A stretch of 63,904 nucleotides of DNA, filler included, from Folioceros fuciformis (Eukaryota): the NCBI GenBank assembly GCA_049999805.1. It is 17 parts of 17 records of this genome, joined end to end, with 100 filler letters (N's around TTAATTAATTAA, not from the genome) between each part and the next. Parts side by side here need not be neighbours in the genome. Positions count along the whole stretch, not along the records: positions 1 to 17,704 come from JBNGIO010000528.1; positions 17,805 to 20,165 come from JBNGIO010000532.1; positions 20,266 to 26,182 come from JBNGIO010000533.1; 14 more parts are not named here. One strand, given 5' to 3'. Of the stretch, positions 12,011 through 22,993 are shown piece by piece (position 1 is the stretch's first letter; every line of letters begins with the position of its first letter). The translations under genes and the position numbers were made by a program. The notes under the pieces are model-generated. The model was given only the letters and a program-made list of their open reading frames with translations. It searched no databases and had not been told where the DNA came from.

Positions 12011-12286
12011 CCTCCGCCCCTCCCCTCCGCTGCTGAAGTACTCCTTCAAAAGAACCAGTGAACTGTGCAAAATTGCGATTCCCCTCGTCTTGAATCTTTC
12101 CTCCCTACGACGATCTCAACTGGTCAGGTGGGTTAATGCCATTCTCTGCATGGCAGACAGGGGCATCCACGTCCTCATGTGGATCGTCTTCGGGGTTTAG
12201 GGGTTTGGGTTTGAGTACATTGATGCCCTAAACAGGGAATCAAACAGGGACAGGGACGATGGCACGCTGATGACAGGGATCAGAGC
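12011..12286. promoter_or_regulatory. Probable bidirectional promoter between divergent panC and PPR genes, with a telo-box-like tract
   Basis: 276 bp between divergent ATGs. Contains ggggtttaggggtttgggttt, similar to the AAACCCTA telo box on the minus strand. Confidence 0.5.
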
Positions 12287-15200
12287 ATGCTTCTGCCATC
12301 CAGGGCTGCCTATCGAGTGGCATTTCACTCATTCAGGAAGGGAGCTCATCCCAAAGAGTGTCTGGCAAGTGAGGGGTTGCATCAGGAAATTGTGTGCCGG
12401 CGGTTTTTTCTGGACCATTTGCTGGGGTCTGCGAGCAGGCAACAACACACGCAATGCTCCGACTTCCGGCATGGGAAGACCCAGAAAGTTTTCTTATTGA
12501 ACAAGTCCTACATTCCAGGATGGGTGGATGAGCAGGTGGGTGCTCAGGATGTGCAGATGGGTCGAGGAGCACGTAAATCCGGGCCTGTAGAATATCCAAG
12601 GCACGCAACGGCTGAAATTGTAAGCATATTATGTGAGCAGGGGCAGCTCAGTGAGGCTGTCGAGGCTCTGGGAGCACTGGTGCAAGCAGAATGTTGTGTT
12701 CCTGATTATGTTTTTTGTACTGTCCTGAAAAAATGCGTGGTCCAGAGAGATCTTGTTCTGGGCCGGCGGGTGCATGCCCTCATCGTGGCAAGTGGCTATG
12801 AGTCGGACACGTTTTTGTGCAACCACATCTTGCGGATGTATGCTTCTCATGGCAGGTTGCAGGACGCGATGGACGTGTTTGCAAGGGTTGCCACACCCGA
12901 TGCCTTCACGTGGTCTGCCATAATTTCTGCGCTTATCAAACACGGGCAAGATAAATGGGCCATACAGCTCTATCATCAGATGCATAGGACAGGTATGAAA
13001 CCAGATGGCTATATCTTTGTTGCAGCCCTCCAGGCTTGTGCCAGGAAAGGGGACCTGAAAACTGGGCAGCAAGTGCATGGTCATGTAATGTCCTACGGGC
13101 TTGAGCATGATGTGTTCGTTTCCAATTCCTTGGTGAACATGTATGCAAAGTGTGGTAACTTGGAAGAGGCTCAAAGAGTGTTTGACGGACTTGCCCAGAA
13201 AGATGTGGTTACGTGGAATGCCATGATAGCAGGATATTCCCAGCAAGGCATGGGGCAGGAAGCTCTTCGTTTATACAGGGTTATGGAATCGGCAGGCATT
13301 GTTGCACCCGATTCTTTAACATACGTGAGCCTCTTGCAGGCGTGCGCAAGTCTGGGTACCCTGTCTCTGCAGAAGGGAAGGGAGCTCCACGCACAAATAA
13401 GAGAGTTGGGACTTCACGCCCATGTGTTTGTGGCCAACAGCCTGATAAGCATGTATTGTAAGTGTGGCAGCTTGACCGACGCGCGAAGAGTTTTTGACCA
13501 ACTAGGACAGAAAGACGTAGTGACTTGGACAGCCCTGATAGCGGGGTATGCCAACCAAGGCAGTGGTGAGGAAGCCCTTCATCTGTACAGAGCTATGCAA
13601 AATGAAGGCATGGCAGTACCAAACGCGGTGACTTTTATGTCTCTCCTGCAGGCATGTGCAAGTGTAGGCACCTTGGCTTTGGAGCAGGGGAAACAGCTTC
13701 ATGCACAGATTGACAAGCAAGGACTTCAGTCTGACGTGTTTGTAGCTAACGGTTTGGTAGACATGTATGCCAAGTGTGGCAGCCTGGAAGATGCTCGAAG
13801 AGTCTTCGATAGACTTGGTCAAAAAGATGTGGTACTGTGGACGGCTCTAATAGGTGGATATTTGGAGCAGGGCATGGGAGAGGAATCCCTTCATCTCTAC
13901 CGAGCCATGCAGGAAGAAGGCATTGCTGTACCGAATGCCGTGACATTCTTGTCTCTCCTGCGGGCATGTGCGTGCGTTGGTGCCCTGGCTTTGGAGAAAG
14001 GTAAACAACTACATGCACAGATCGTTGAGCGAGGGCTTCAGGTTGATGTTGTTGTGGGTTGTAACCTAGTGAACATGTACGCAAAGTGTGGCAGCCTAGA
14101 GGATGCTCAACTCGTCTTCGATGGACTTGATCAAAAAAATGTGGTGACATGGACGACTCTGATATCAGGATATGCAAACAGCGGTGCCCTGGAAAACGCT
14201 CAAAGGATGTTTGAGAGGGTTTCAGAGAAAGATGTTGTGATGTGGAATGCCATGATTGCAGGATATTCTCAGCAGGGTATGGGGCAGGAAGCCCTTCGTC
14301 TGTACAGCTCCATGCAAAAAGAAGGCATGGTTGCACCCAATTCTGCGACATTTGTGTGTCTCCTGCAGGCCTGTGCTAGTGTGGGCACCCTTGCTTTGGA
14401 GAAGGGGAAGCAGTTGCACGCAGAAATAAGAGAGCTAGGGCATCAAGCTGATGTGCTAGTAGCCAACAGTTTGGTAGACATGTATGCGAAATGTGGCAGC
14501 TTGGAAGATGCACGGAGGGTGTTTGACGCAGTTAGTGAGAAAGGTATGGTGACCTGGACAGCTATGATCGCAGGATATTCCCAACACGGGATGGGGCAGG
14601 AAGCGCTTCGTCTCTACAGTGCCATGCAAGAAGAAGGGATTACTGCACCCGATTCTGTGATGTTTGTCTGCCTCCTGCAGGCATGTGCACGAGTGGGCAC
14701 CACGGCTTTGAATGAGGGGAGGAAGCTCCATGCACGAATTCAAAAGCAAGGGCTGTTGTCTGATGGTCCGGTTGCAAACAGTTTGGTGAACATGTATGCA
14801 AAGTGTGGCAGCCTAGCGGATGCCCAGGGTGTATTTGATGGACTTGCTCACAAAACCATGGTGACGTGGAGTGTCATGATCGCAGGATATTCCCAGCAGG
14901 GAATGGGCCAGGAAGCCCTTCGTCTTTACAGGGCTATGCAAGAAGGAGGCATTGTTTTACTGGATTGTGTGGCATTGGCGTGCCTACTGCAAGCATGTGC
15001 AAATCTTGCAGCTTTGGATGTAGGAAGGCAGCTACATGCGTTTATTTTAAAGCAAGAGATTCAAGTTGATGCCCTAGTAGCTGGCAGTTTGATAAACATG
15101 TACGGAAAGTGTGGGAGCATGGTTGATGCCCGACAAGTTTTCGAGGCTTTACCTGCGCGAGATGTCATTAACTGGAACGCGCTGATCGCAGGCTACGCTC

Positions 15201-15835
15201 GTCAAGGGGATGCAGAAGTGGTCTTCGACTTGTTTCACAGAATGGAGGAGGATTGCATACAGCCAGCTGGGATCACATACCTCAGCCTCATGACAGTATG
15301 CAGTCATGCAGGGTTAGTGGACAAGGGTCAAGAGTACTTTGAGGCCATGATCAGACAGCACGGCATCACTCCCACCGTGGAGCACTACGCATGCATGGTG
15401 GATCTCCTGGGACGTGCAGGCCAACTGGACGATGCACTGGCCTTGGTACGGAAAATGCCCGTTCAACCCACTTCTTCGGTCTGGCACACTCTACTGGCTG
15501 CCTCCCAGAAGTGGAATAGCTTGGAGGTAGGGCGCCATGCCTTTGAGGAAGCAGTGAAATTAGACGAGAGCGATGCCGCGGCGTATGTGCTGATGTCCAA
15601 TATGTACACGGCTGCCGACATGTGGGAGCAGGCACGGGAGATGCAGGCTAGGAGAATAGAACTTGGGGTGTGGAAGCAGCCGGGACAGAGCTGGTGGACG
15701 GACATGCTAGGGCTCGTGCACAAATTTTCTGTAGGAGATACCGGACATCCCGAGAGTGAGGGTATATTTGCAAGGCTCAAACATTTGCTCGCTCGAATAC
15801 AGAAAGAAGAGTATGTGTCACATCGCTTCAGTTGA
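12287..15835 (+). CDS. PLS-class PPR protein with E1/E2 and WW-type E+, no catalytic DYW; paralogue of 1168-4017
   Basis: Intronless 1182 aa. N-terminal targeting-like extension, PLS triplets with one SS-type motif (VVTWTTLISGYANSGALENAQRMFERVSEKD), HYACMVDLLGRAG, KQPGQSWWTD...GDTGHPESEGIF, stop before the HxE motif. Confidence 0.93.
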   Translation: MLLPSRAAYRVAFHSFRKGAHPKECLASEGLHQEIVCRRFFLDHLLGSASRQQHTQCSDFRHGKTQKVFLLNKSYIPGWVDEQVGAQDVQMGRGARKSGPVEYPRHATAEIVSILCEQGQLSEAVEALGALVQAECCVPDYVFCTVLKKCVVQRDLVLGRRVHALIVASGYESDTFLCNHILRMYASHGRLQDAMDVFARVATPDAFTWSAIISALIKHGQDKWAIQLYHQMHRTGMKPDGYIFVAALQACARKGDLKTGQQVHGHVMSYGLEHDVFVSNSLVNMYAKCGNLEEAQRVFDGLAQKDVVTWNAMIAGYSQQGMGQEALRLYRVMESAGIVAPDSLTYVSLLQACASLGTLSLQKGRELHAQIRELGLHAHVFVANSLISMYCKCGSLTDARRVFDQLGQKDVVTWTALIAGYANQGSGEEALHLYRAMQNEGMAVPNAVTFMSLLQACASVGTLALEQGKQLHAQIDKQGLQSDVFVANGLVDMYAKCGSLEDARRVFDRLGQKDVVLWTALIGGYLEQGMGEESLHLYRAMQEEGIAVPNAVTFLSLLRACACVGALALEKGKQLHAQIVERGLQVDVVVGCNLVNMYAKCGSLEDAQLVFDGLDQKNVVTWTTLISGYANSGALENAQRMFERVSEKDVVMWNAMIAGYSQQGMGQEALRLYSSMQKEGMVAPNSATFVCLLQACASVGTLALEKGKQLHAEIRELGHQADVLVANSLVDMYAKCGSLEDARRVFDAVSEKGMVTWTAMIAGYSQHGMGQEALRLYSAMQEEGITAPDSVMFVCLLQACARVGTTALNEGRKLHARIQKQGLLSDGPVANSLVNMYAKCGSLADAQGVFDGLAHKTMVTWSVMIAGYSQQGMGQEALRLYRAMQEGGIVLLDCVALACLLQACANLAALDVGRQLHAFILKQEIQVDALVAGSLINMYGKCGSMVDARQVFEALPARDVINWNALIAGYARQGDAEVVFDLFHRMEEDCIQPAGITYLSLMTVCSHAGLVDKGQEYFEAMIRQHGITPTVEHYACMVDLLGRAGQLDDALALVRKMPVQPTSSVWHTLLAASQKWNSLEVGRHAFEEAVKLDESDAAAYVLMSNMYTAADMWEQAREMQARRIELGVWKQPGQSWWTDMLGLVHKFSVGDTGHPESEGIFARLKHLLARIQKEEYVSHRFS

Positions 15836-16261
15836 CCCGGAGGCTTTCCCCTTGCAGGCCCCGAGACCTAAGGCTAGTGCAACAAAACCAGGCTGTGAAT
15901 AGACACAGGAATGTTGAACCACAATTCTGCCAACATATAACAATTTATCTCCCCAACTGCTTCCTCCCCATGATTTCAAGATGCCAAAGCTTGTTGACCC
16001 TAAATTTATCCCCTTTTACATAAAATTTACATTGCCTCCTTGCTAAGCCCTTCGAACCCAACTATGTGCCTTTCTCTCTAGCCATATTCGTCGTTGGTAT
16101 AGGCTTGGAATAGGCTGGAACATATCATTCTTGAAGAACCTGAGGTCTGTGAACCTGAATGCGTTGTCCTTGCTGGTGGCCTCGTCCTTGCTGGTGGTCG
16201 ACCATCGCTTAGCGAGCACAAGCTTCGAGGACCTCTCTTTGAGCCTGTCGCGTGCCACGTT

Positions 16262-16557
16262 GTTAGAAATGCTCTTATGAGCAATGAATTGTGAGAAATG
16301 CTCTTATGAGCAATGAATTGTGAGAAATGCTCCTATGATCAATGAACTCCTCGAGCCTCTCCCCACGTTGTGAGAAATGCTCCTATGAGGAATGAACTCC
16401 TCGAGCCTCTCCCCACGTTGTGAGAAATGCTCCTATGAGGAATGAACTCCTCGAGCCTCTCCCCACGTTGTGAGAAATGCTCCTATGAGGAATGAACTCC
16501 TCGAGCCTCTCCCCACGTTGTGAGAAATGCTCCTATGAGCAATGAACTCCTCGAGCC
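16262..16557. repeat. Minisatellite: two ~29-bp units then ~4.7 copies of a 50-bp unit
   Basis: tgagaaatgctcctatgaggaatgaactcctcgagcctctccccacgttg repeated from 16321, preceded by agaaatgctcttatgagcaatgaattgtg x2. Confidence 0.92.
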
Positions 16558-17704
16558 CTCTCCGCCAAGTCCAAGAGAATTAAGTAAGAGGCAACGGGCA
16601 GCAACGTATGTGCTTGATCTTACAAAGATGCATCCTCCAAAGCCATCGCTGCACGGCTTGCTAACACCCCCTTCTCCATGCCTTGAAGGCAAGTGCAACA
16701 CGTATTGTGTCATACCAAAGCTCATCAAAGGGACGATGGGGTTCGATCAATTCTTCATACCGTTTGGTGGGTAGAAGGAAACGGACACCTTTTGTTAGCT
16801 CAACCTCTCACCGTGAATCTAGAATGAATTGGTCTTAAGTTCTTCCACCATGCTTTATGTAGAAACGTGTGGAGGATTGCCTCTATATTGCAATATCAAT
16901 CTCTCGATATGTTCTAAAACATAATATCAAAGTTTAGTGCTTGATGCGGATGTCACATTCTAAGTTAGTGTCAATGCATTGTATAGCAATAGCTTGATTG
17001 AAAATCAATGGTTGCTGTTGAATCTCTTCATACCCACATTTTTTCTTCAATTCATAAGAAATGTTTGCTTTGTCTTAATGAATGCTAAAAAAGTATATGA
17101 TCACAATTAATCAGCATCCTAAAACTGGCTATGTAGCATATTGGAGAGAGATTGGTTGTTTTGGAGATAGAATTCTAGAGCTTAAAAAAGTTACTATTGG
17201 AGTAGGAACAAGTGTCAAATTTTGTGGAGATAGAGATAAAAAAAGTGTTTGCATTTTGTGGAAAGAATTATCGAAGAAAAGGAGCGGGTCCTACAAGGGC
17301 ATGTATAGGCTATTCAAGATCTAAGTAGAGAGAGAAAGATGGAGAGTTCTCTACAATCTGAAATAAAGAGCAGCAATAGGGGTTTTTTTGTGAGTCCTTC
17401 GTGAATCTTGAGGAGAAGGGTGGGTTACTTGGAGGCCTAATGCCGGTGCTTGGTGCTGAACTTTTTGCTTTTGCTCTCTATTCTGCTTCTATGTGCATGG
17501 TTTATCTAGGGGTGTTACTTTACAAGCACTTATATTATTTTAAAAATAAAATAAAAACTTAATATTCATTCACTTGCTTGTTGTACATATCACAGGCATT
17601 AGTTTTACTTATGACCTAATACAAAATTATACCCAAGATTTAATTTATATCAAATTAAAAATAATTAAAAATAAATATTATAATTATTCTAAGCTAATGA
17701 TACG

Positions 17705-17804
17705 NNNNNNNNNNNNNNNNNNNNNNNNNNNNNNNNNNNNNNNNNNNNTTAATTAATTAANNNNNNNNNNNNNNNNNNNNNNNNNNNNNNNNNNNNNNNN
17801 NNNN
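17705..17804. other. Artificial contig-joining spacer N44-TTAATTAATTAA-N44, first of 16; others start at 20166, 26183, 30307, 35260, 38702, 40171, 41361, 46168, 48938, 52489, 54225, 55836, 57947, 61177, 62320
   Basis: Identical 100-nt structure each time. TTAATTAATTAA places stop codons in all six frames. Confidence 0.97.
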
Positions 17805-18039
17805 ACCGTTTGTTCCTTCCCTATATGCTCTTGACTCCTCCCCTTTCTCCAAGGCATCGTGGAGACACCGCCTAGCATACAACCCCCAGATGTCCCTTCT
17901 CACCGCCCCCTTCCCACTCCGTCTCCATTTGCCCTCATGACACCCTATCCGGCCCACAATAGACTCTTGAATGTTGATCGCTTCCATTCCCACCTCAACC
18001 TCCGTCCCACTCCTCCGTTACACGGCTGGTCTGTTGTAT

Positions 18040-18470
18040 TCATCCTTGCACTAAACTTTTCATATGTTTATCAGGTAATTCCCGACTTAGGGATTTGGTT
18101 ATTAAATTGGCTGAGTTCTCATGTGTCGGGATATAATTGATATCTATTGTTTTACTGTCTAACATTTCTCTTATGTAGTGGTATTCACCGGCTATGTGTT
18201 TGGTTCTTGAGTGAAAAATAGAATTTCTATCTAAGACTATTACCCCTTGACTATCGATGAACAATGGTGTAGGGCCATCTTGAGTATGACTAAGTTCATC
18301 TAAGGCCAGCCTACTCCAGATGATATCTTTAGCAACAAAGGTTAGTACACTATACTCCGACTCAGTGCTGGAAAGGGCAAAGGTAGATTGTTTCTCACTT
18401 AACCATGAGGTGGGGGCCTTGTCTAGTATAAGCACATAACCTTATATAGACCTTCTAGTATCGAGGTCAT
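18040..18470 (-). mobile_element. Ty1/copia RNase H fragment, degenerate
   Basis: DLDTRRS..SW.SEKQSTFALSSTESEY..DSQG..FHSRTKHI..YHYIRE..N.A.LITKSL. Confidence 0.85.
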
Positions 18471-19225
18471 TGAAGGATCGCTAGAGGAGCCACATGGTGA
18501 GGAGGAGAGGAGAAAGAGAGGTCTCACACTCTATGTGTCTCTCAATATTGCAAGGGAGCTCAAGGGGGTATTTATACCCTCTAGAAGAGCTCCCAAGGAA
18601 GCTTCACAAGAAGTGCACAAGAAGCTGCGCAAGAAGCTTCCTAAAGATTAGTTTAAGCTAATCTAAACAAATGATACTTAACTAGACATTAATCTTAGAC
18701 TAAACACATTAGTCTAAGCACATTGGGCTTTAATAACTCTACAACCTCCCACTTAAAGGCCAATTTACCTTCATAGGAGAGTGGTCTACCTCATGCCTAT
18801 GAGTGTTCGAGCTTGTGCAAATTGCTCCGTAGAGAGCGTCTTGGTCTGACTAGTGTGAACTTTGACAAGCTGTACCCTCTTGTCTTCCAACACCTCTCGA
18901 ATAAAGTGATACTTCACTTCCACATGTTTGGTCTTCGCATGAGACACTGGATTCTTTGCCACTTGGATAGCACTCTAGCTATCACAATGCAACACTGGCA
19001 GCTCAACCTTGATCCCCAAGTCTCCCACTAAACGAGCAAGCCACATAACTTCCTTGCAAGCCTCAGTCGCTGCAACATACTCGGCCTCTGTGGTGGATAG
19101 CATTATGTACGATTGCAAACGAGATCACCATGAGACTGCCCTTCCAGTGCACATGAAGAGATAACCTGATGTGGACCTCCTTTTGTCCATATCCCCTGCA
19201 TGATCAGCATTTGTATATCCAACGC
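18471..19225 (-). mobile_element. 3' end of a Ty1/copia element (RNase H, PPT, ~273-bp LTR at 18471-18743) nested in another copia; same family as 58047-61176
   Basis: Near-identical to 60600-61176 in reverse complement. PPT aagtgggagg, LTR TGTAGAG...CCTTCA with tataaata. Confidence 0.85.
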
Positions 19226-19329
19226 ATAGTGTACGACGTCATTGTACAGGATGAAGATGACCTAGCCGGATATGAGGAATAGGGATAGGCAGGAGTGCTT
19301 ACAGAACCTGAACCTGAACATGAGCTTTG

Positions 19330-19918
19330 ACGATCCACCAGGCATCATCCACCTCCTGAACAATGGTGTGAACCACGGTACGAGTCCATCTATTGGCGAT
19401 CACTTTGAGCCACTGTCGATATCCTACCCACTATTGAGCCTGCCTCATACAAGGAGGCCATACTAGGGTCTGATAGGGCTCAATGGAAAGCTGTTGTTGA
19501 GGACGAGTACCAGTCCCTGATCAAGAACAAGACTTGGGTGCTTACTAACCTGCCACAAGGAAGGAAACCCATATCCTATAAGTGGGTTTTTAAACTGAAG
19601 CTCAATGTGCAAGGTGAGATTGCCCGCTACAAGGCAAGGCTTGTAGCAAGGGGCTTCACACAAGTGGAGGGCCTAGACTACCAAGAGACCTTCTAGATTG
19701 TCGTCCATGCATAGTCCATTAGGATCTTGCCAGCACTAGCTGCCAAACTTGACCTGGATTTGCAGCAAATGGATGTGTGTACGGCCTTTTGTATGGTGCC
19801 CTAAATGAGGAATTTTACATGATGCAACCTAAAGGATATGAAGACAAGCATCATCCAAGGAAAGTACTCAAGCTCCTCAAGTGTATGTACAAGCTCAAAC
19901 AAAGTGGAAGAGTCTGGT
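19330..19918 (+). mobile_element. Ty1/copia reverse transcriptase fragment, degenerate
   Basis: EP..YKEA..WKAVVEDEYQSLIKNKTWVL..KWVFKLK..RYKARLVARGFTQ..DYQETF..QMDVCTAF, with stops and a frameshift. Confidence 0.85.
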
Positions 19919-20165
19919 TGTGAACCTCTAAAGTTTGGGGTATTAGTTTGTTTTGGTTGAAAAAGGGTTAATAGTGGTATGGTTTGGTTTTCTTTTTCAA
20001 CTTATTTTCCCTAATTTTCCTTTATTTTCTGGTCATTTTTCCTATTTTTCTTTGTGCTAATTAGGTTAATTGACCAGGAAATAGTTGGTTTGGTTATAAG
20101 AGTGGGTATAGGTTTGGTCCCAGACCTGGGAAGGTTTAGGTTCGGTACCAGGCCATAGGGTTGGG
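19919..20165. mobile_element. LTR-like terminus inserted into copia RT; second copy at 45798-46167
   Basis: Starts TGTG exactly where the RT breaks. About 245 bp near-identical to 45798-46045. Confidence 0.75.
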
Positions 20166-20343
20166 NNNNNNNNNNNNNNNNNNNNNNNNNNNNNNNNNNN
20201 NNNNNNNNNTTAATTAATTAANNNNNNNNNNNNNNNNNNNNNNNNNNNNNNNNNNNNNNNNNNNNACTACAGCCCGCACATGCAAGCCAATCAGCTCCGA
20301 CGCCTGCCATCCTCCATTCAAACCGGCAGCAAATTCCTCCCAC

Positions 20344-20712
20344 CTTGACAAGCCGGATAGCATCCATCAACCCGACCGGATCGGGCCGCTTCTCGAACTT
20401 CTTGGTAGCGAATCCGGGAACTGGAATCTCCTCAACCTTTGGCTTCGGAACCCGCTTCACAGCCGCCGGCTGCTGCCGCATCTCAACCTCCTCCACCCGC
20501 GCCCGATCCTCCGGCAGCGGCGCCACCCGCGGCTTCTGCAGCTGCACCAGCAGCTGCGAGAGGCTGTATGCTCCGCTGGAGGGCGCAGCGGGATCAGAGC
20601 TTCCGCCTCCATCTCCCGCGTCGGCGGAGAAGCATCGACACGACCGGCAAGCCACCGTCGCCCGTTCTCCCGCAGACGGTAGCCGCCGCTGCCAGGCCAC
20701 CCGGATCGCCAT
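20344..20712 (-). CDS. First exon of a probable organellar (mitochondrial-type) ribosomal protein uL1; remainder lost at the contig end
   Basis: Arg-rich presequence ending CRCFS, then ...PVGLMDAIRLVK (uL1 N-terminal 'L.EAI.LVK'-like) followed by GT donor at 20343. Only a short diagnostic motif is visible. Confidence 0.55.
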
Positions 20713-21182
20713 CCCAACACCTAACCCCTGACTGCGAATAAGCTCAGCGTAACAAAGATGGAAAAATAGAAAGCACGTTTCATATTTCAGTGGTCAAGGC
20801 AAGACAAGGCAAAATCTTCGAGCGCTTGGCCTCCATGCGAAAGCCACGCGCGGAATATTTACCCGGGTTTTTCACCTCGCAGGTCACCGGCACGAGACTC
20901 AGAGCGAGCAATGAAAGACGGCCACGTTACCGTGAGCATCCTCGGACCTGTGGAGTTGTGGTGCAGGAGTTTTGCGTGGAGCGTGAAGCCGAGGGGAGAT
21001 GCCGGCCCCATAGAGTGCAGACGCCGGTCGTGAAGAGTTCGCGAACTGAAACGTGGGTTGCATCTCGAATTCCAGGCTTGAGGTGGAGGAGGGTGCCGAG
21101 GCAGGGAGCGTGGAAGGGATAAGATTCGTGTATGTGGGTTGTGGAATTCTGTGAGCTTTCGGGAGATTGTTGATTGTTCAGG

Positions 21183-22993
21183 ATGACAGCAACGGTGGCG
21201 GTTTGCGGGGCTGTTGGAGCTGCTGCGGGAGCGTCTTCCTCTCAGCCCTTGGTGGGTGGCCTGAGGACACGGAAGCCGGGGAGGGGATGGCAGTCTCTAG
21301 GGTTCTCCAACAGCGCGGGATTCGGGTCACTGGATTTGGTAGCACAGGGTGTGCGTGCTGAGGAGCGGCCGGAGGTGCGTCGGTTTGGTATCAGGTGTGA
21401 TGCCACAGCTGCGGAGGCAGCCGCTGAGGCCTCCTCTTCTGCTGTGTTGGAGAAGAAGAGTTCTAGCGAGGAGACCATACAGAATTTCTTTCAGCGGGAG
21501 TACAAGTGGGGGTTTGTGTCGGATATTGAGTCGGTGTCTATTCCGAAGGGGCTGTCGGAGGAGACTATCAGGTTGATATCGGCGAAGAAGAAGGAGCCGG
21601 AGTGGATGCTAACTTTCCGTCTGAATGCGTACAAGCAATGGCTGAAGATGAAGGAGCCGGCCTGGAGCGATAACCGCTACCCGAGGATCGACTTTCAGGA
21701 TATCTGCTACTACACGGAGCCTAAGCAGCAGGAGAAGAAGCAGAGCTTGGATGAGGTTGATCCTGATCTGTTGGAGACGTTTGCCAAGCTGGGAATTCCT
21801 CTCACAGAACAGAAGCGGCTGGCAAATGTGGCTGTGGATGCTGTTTTCGACAGCGTATCCATTGCCACGACGCATAGGAAGACGTTGGCGGCTTCGGGAG
21901 TCATCTTCTGTTCAATATCCGAAGCCGTGAGGGAGTATCCCGAGCTTATCAAGAAGTATCTAGGCAAGGTGGTCCCCGTTACGGACAACTACTACGCTGC
22001 TCTGAACTCTGCTGTGTTCAGTGATGGGTCCTTCTGTTACATACCGAAGAACACAGTTTGTCCCATGGACATTTCCACGTACTTCAGGATTAATGCTCTA
22101 GAGACGGGACAGTTTGAAAGGACCTTGATCATAGCCGAGGAAGGAAGCGAAGTTAACTATCTCGAAGGCTGTACTGCCCCTTCCTATGATAGGAATCAGC
22201 TTCATGCTGCGGTTGTGGAGCTGTTTTGTGCGGAGCGTGCCAAAATCCACTACTCTACTGTGCAAAATTGGTATGCTGGTGACGAAGAAGGGAAGGGTGG
22301 TATATACAACTTTGTCACCAAAAGAGGGTTGTGTGATGGGGCTAACTCTCTAATCTCCTGGACTCAAGTGGAGACGGGATCTGCAATTACCTGGAAGTAC
22401 CCGAGTGTGGTGTTGAAAGGGGACAACTCGGTGGGCGAGTTTTACTCTGTGGCGCTGACCAACAAAATGCAGCAGGCAGACACTGGGACGAAAATGATCC
22501 ATGTTGGAAAAAACACACGGAGCCGAATCATCTCGAAAGGGATATCAGCCGGTCAATCTCGGAACTGCTACAGGGGTCTGGTACAGGTGCAACCTTCAGC
22601 TCACAATTCGAGGAACTTCTCTCAGTGTGATTCGATGCTGATTGGTGATAAAGCTGGCGCCAACACGTATCCTTACATACAGGCATGCCGTCCTTTTTGT
22701 GGGTCGATTGTGCTCCACGCCGCCCTTCGTTGTTGTCTCTTACACCATGCTGTTTCCCTTCTTTGTGGCCACAGGTAAAGGATCCAACAGCACGAGTTGA
22801 GCATGAAGCAAGCACCTCGAAAATCAGTGACGATCAGCTTTTCTACTTCAGACAAAGGGGCATTGATACAGAAAGGGCCGTTGCTGCAATCATCAGCGGC
22901 TTCTGCAGGGATGTCTTCAACAAGCTCCCCCGAGAGTTCGCTTCTGAAGTTAATCAGCTAATGAGCCTGAAGCTGGAGGGTAGTGTCGGATAA
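21183..22993 (+). CDS. sufB: Plastid Fe-S cluster assembly scaffold SUFB (NAP1/ABCI8); exons 21183-22682 and 22775-22993
   Basis: Transit peptide then [99 protein letters not shown]. The intron is GC-AG. Confidence 0.95.

Noticed and set aside
16262-16557. CRISPR array
   Set aside because: Head-to-tail identical units with no spacers.
16580-16800. IQ-motif/CNGC-like C-terminal fragment on the minus strand
   Set aside because: Only a vague AWRR/QRW resemblance with an in-frame stop and no upstream channel or cyclic-nucleotide domain.
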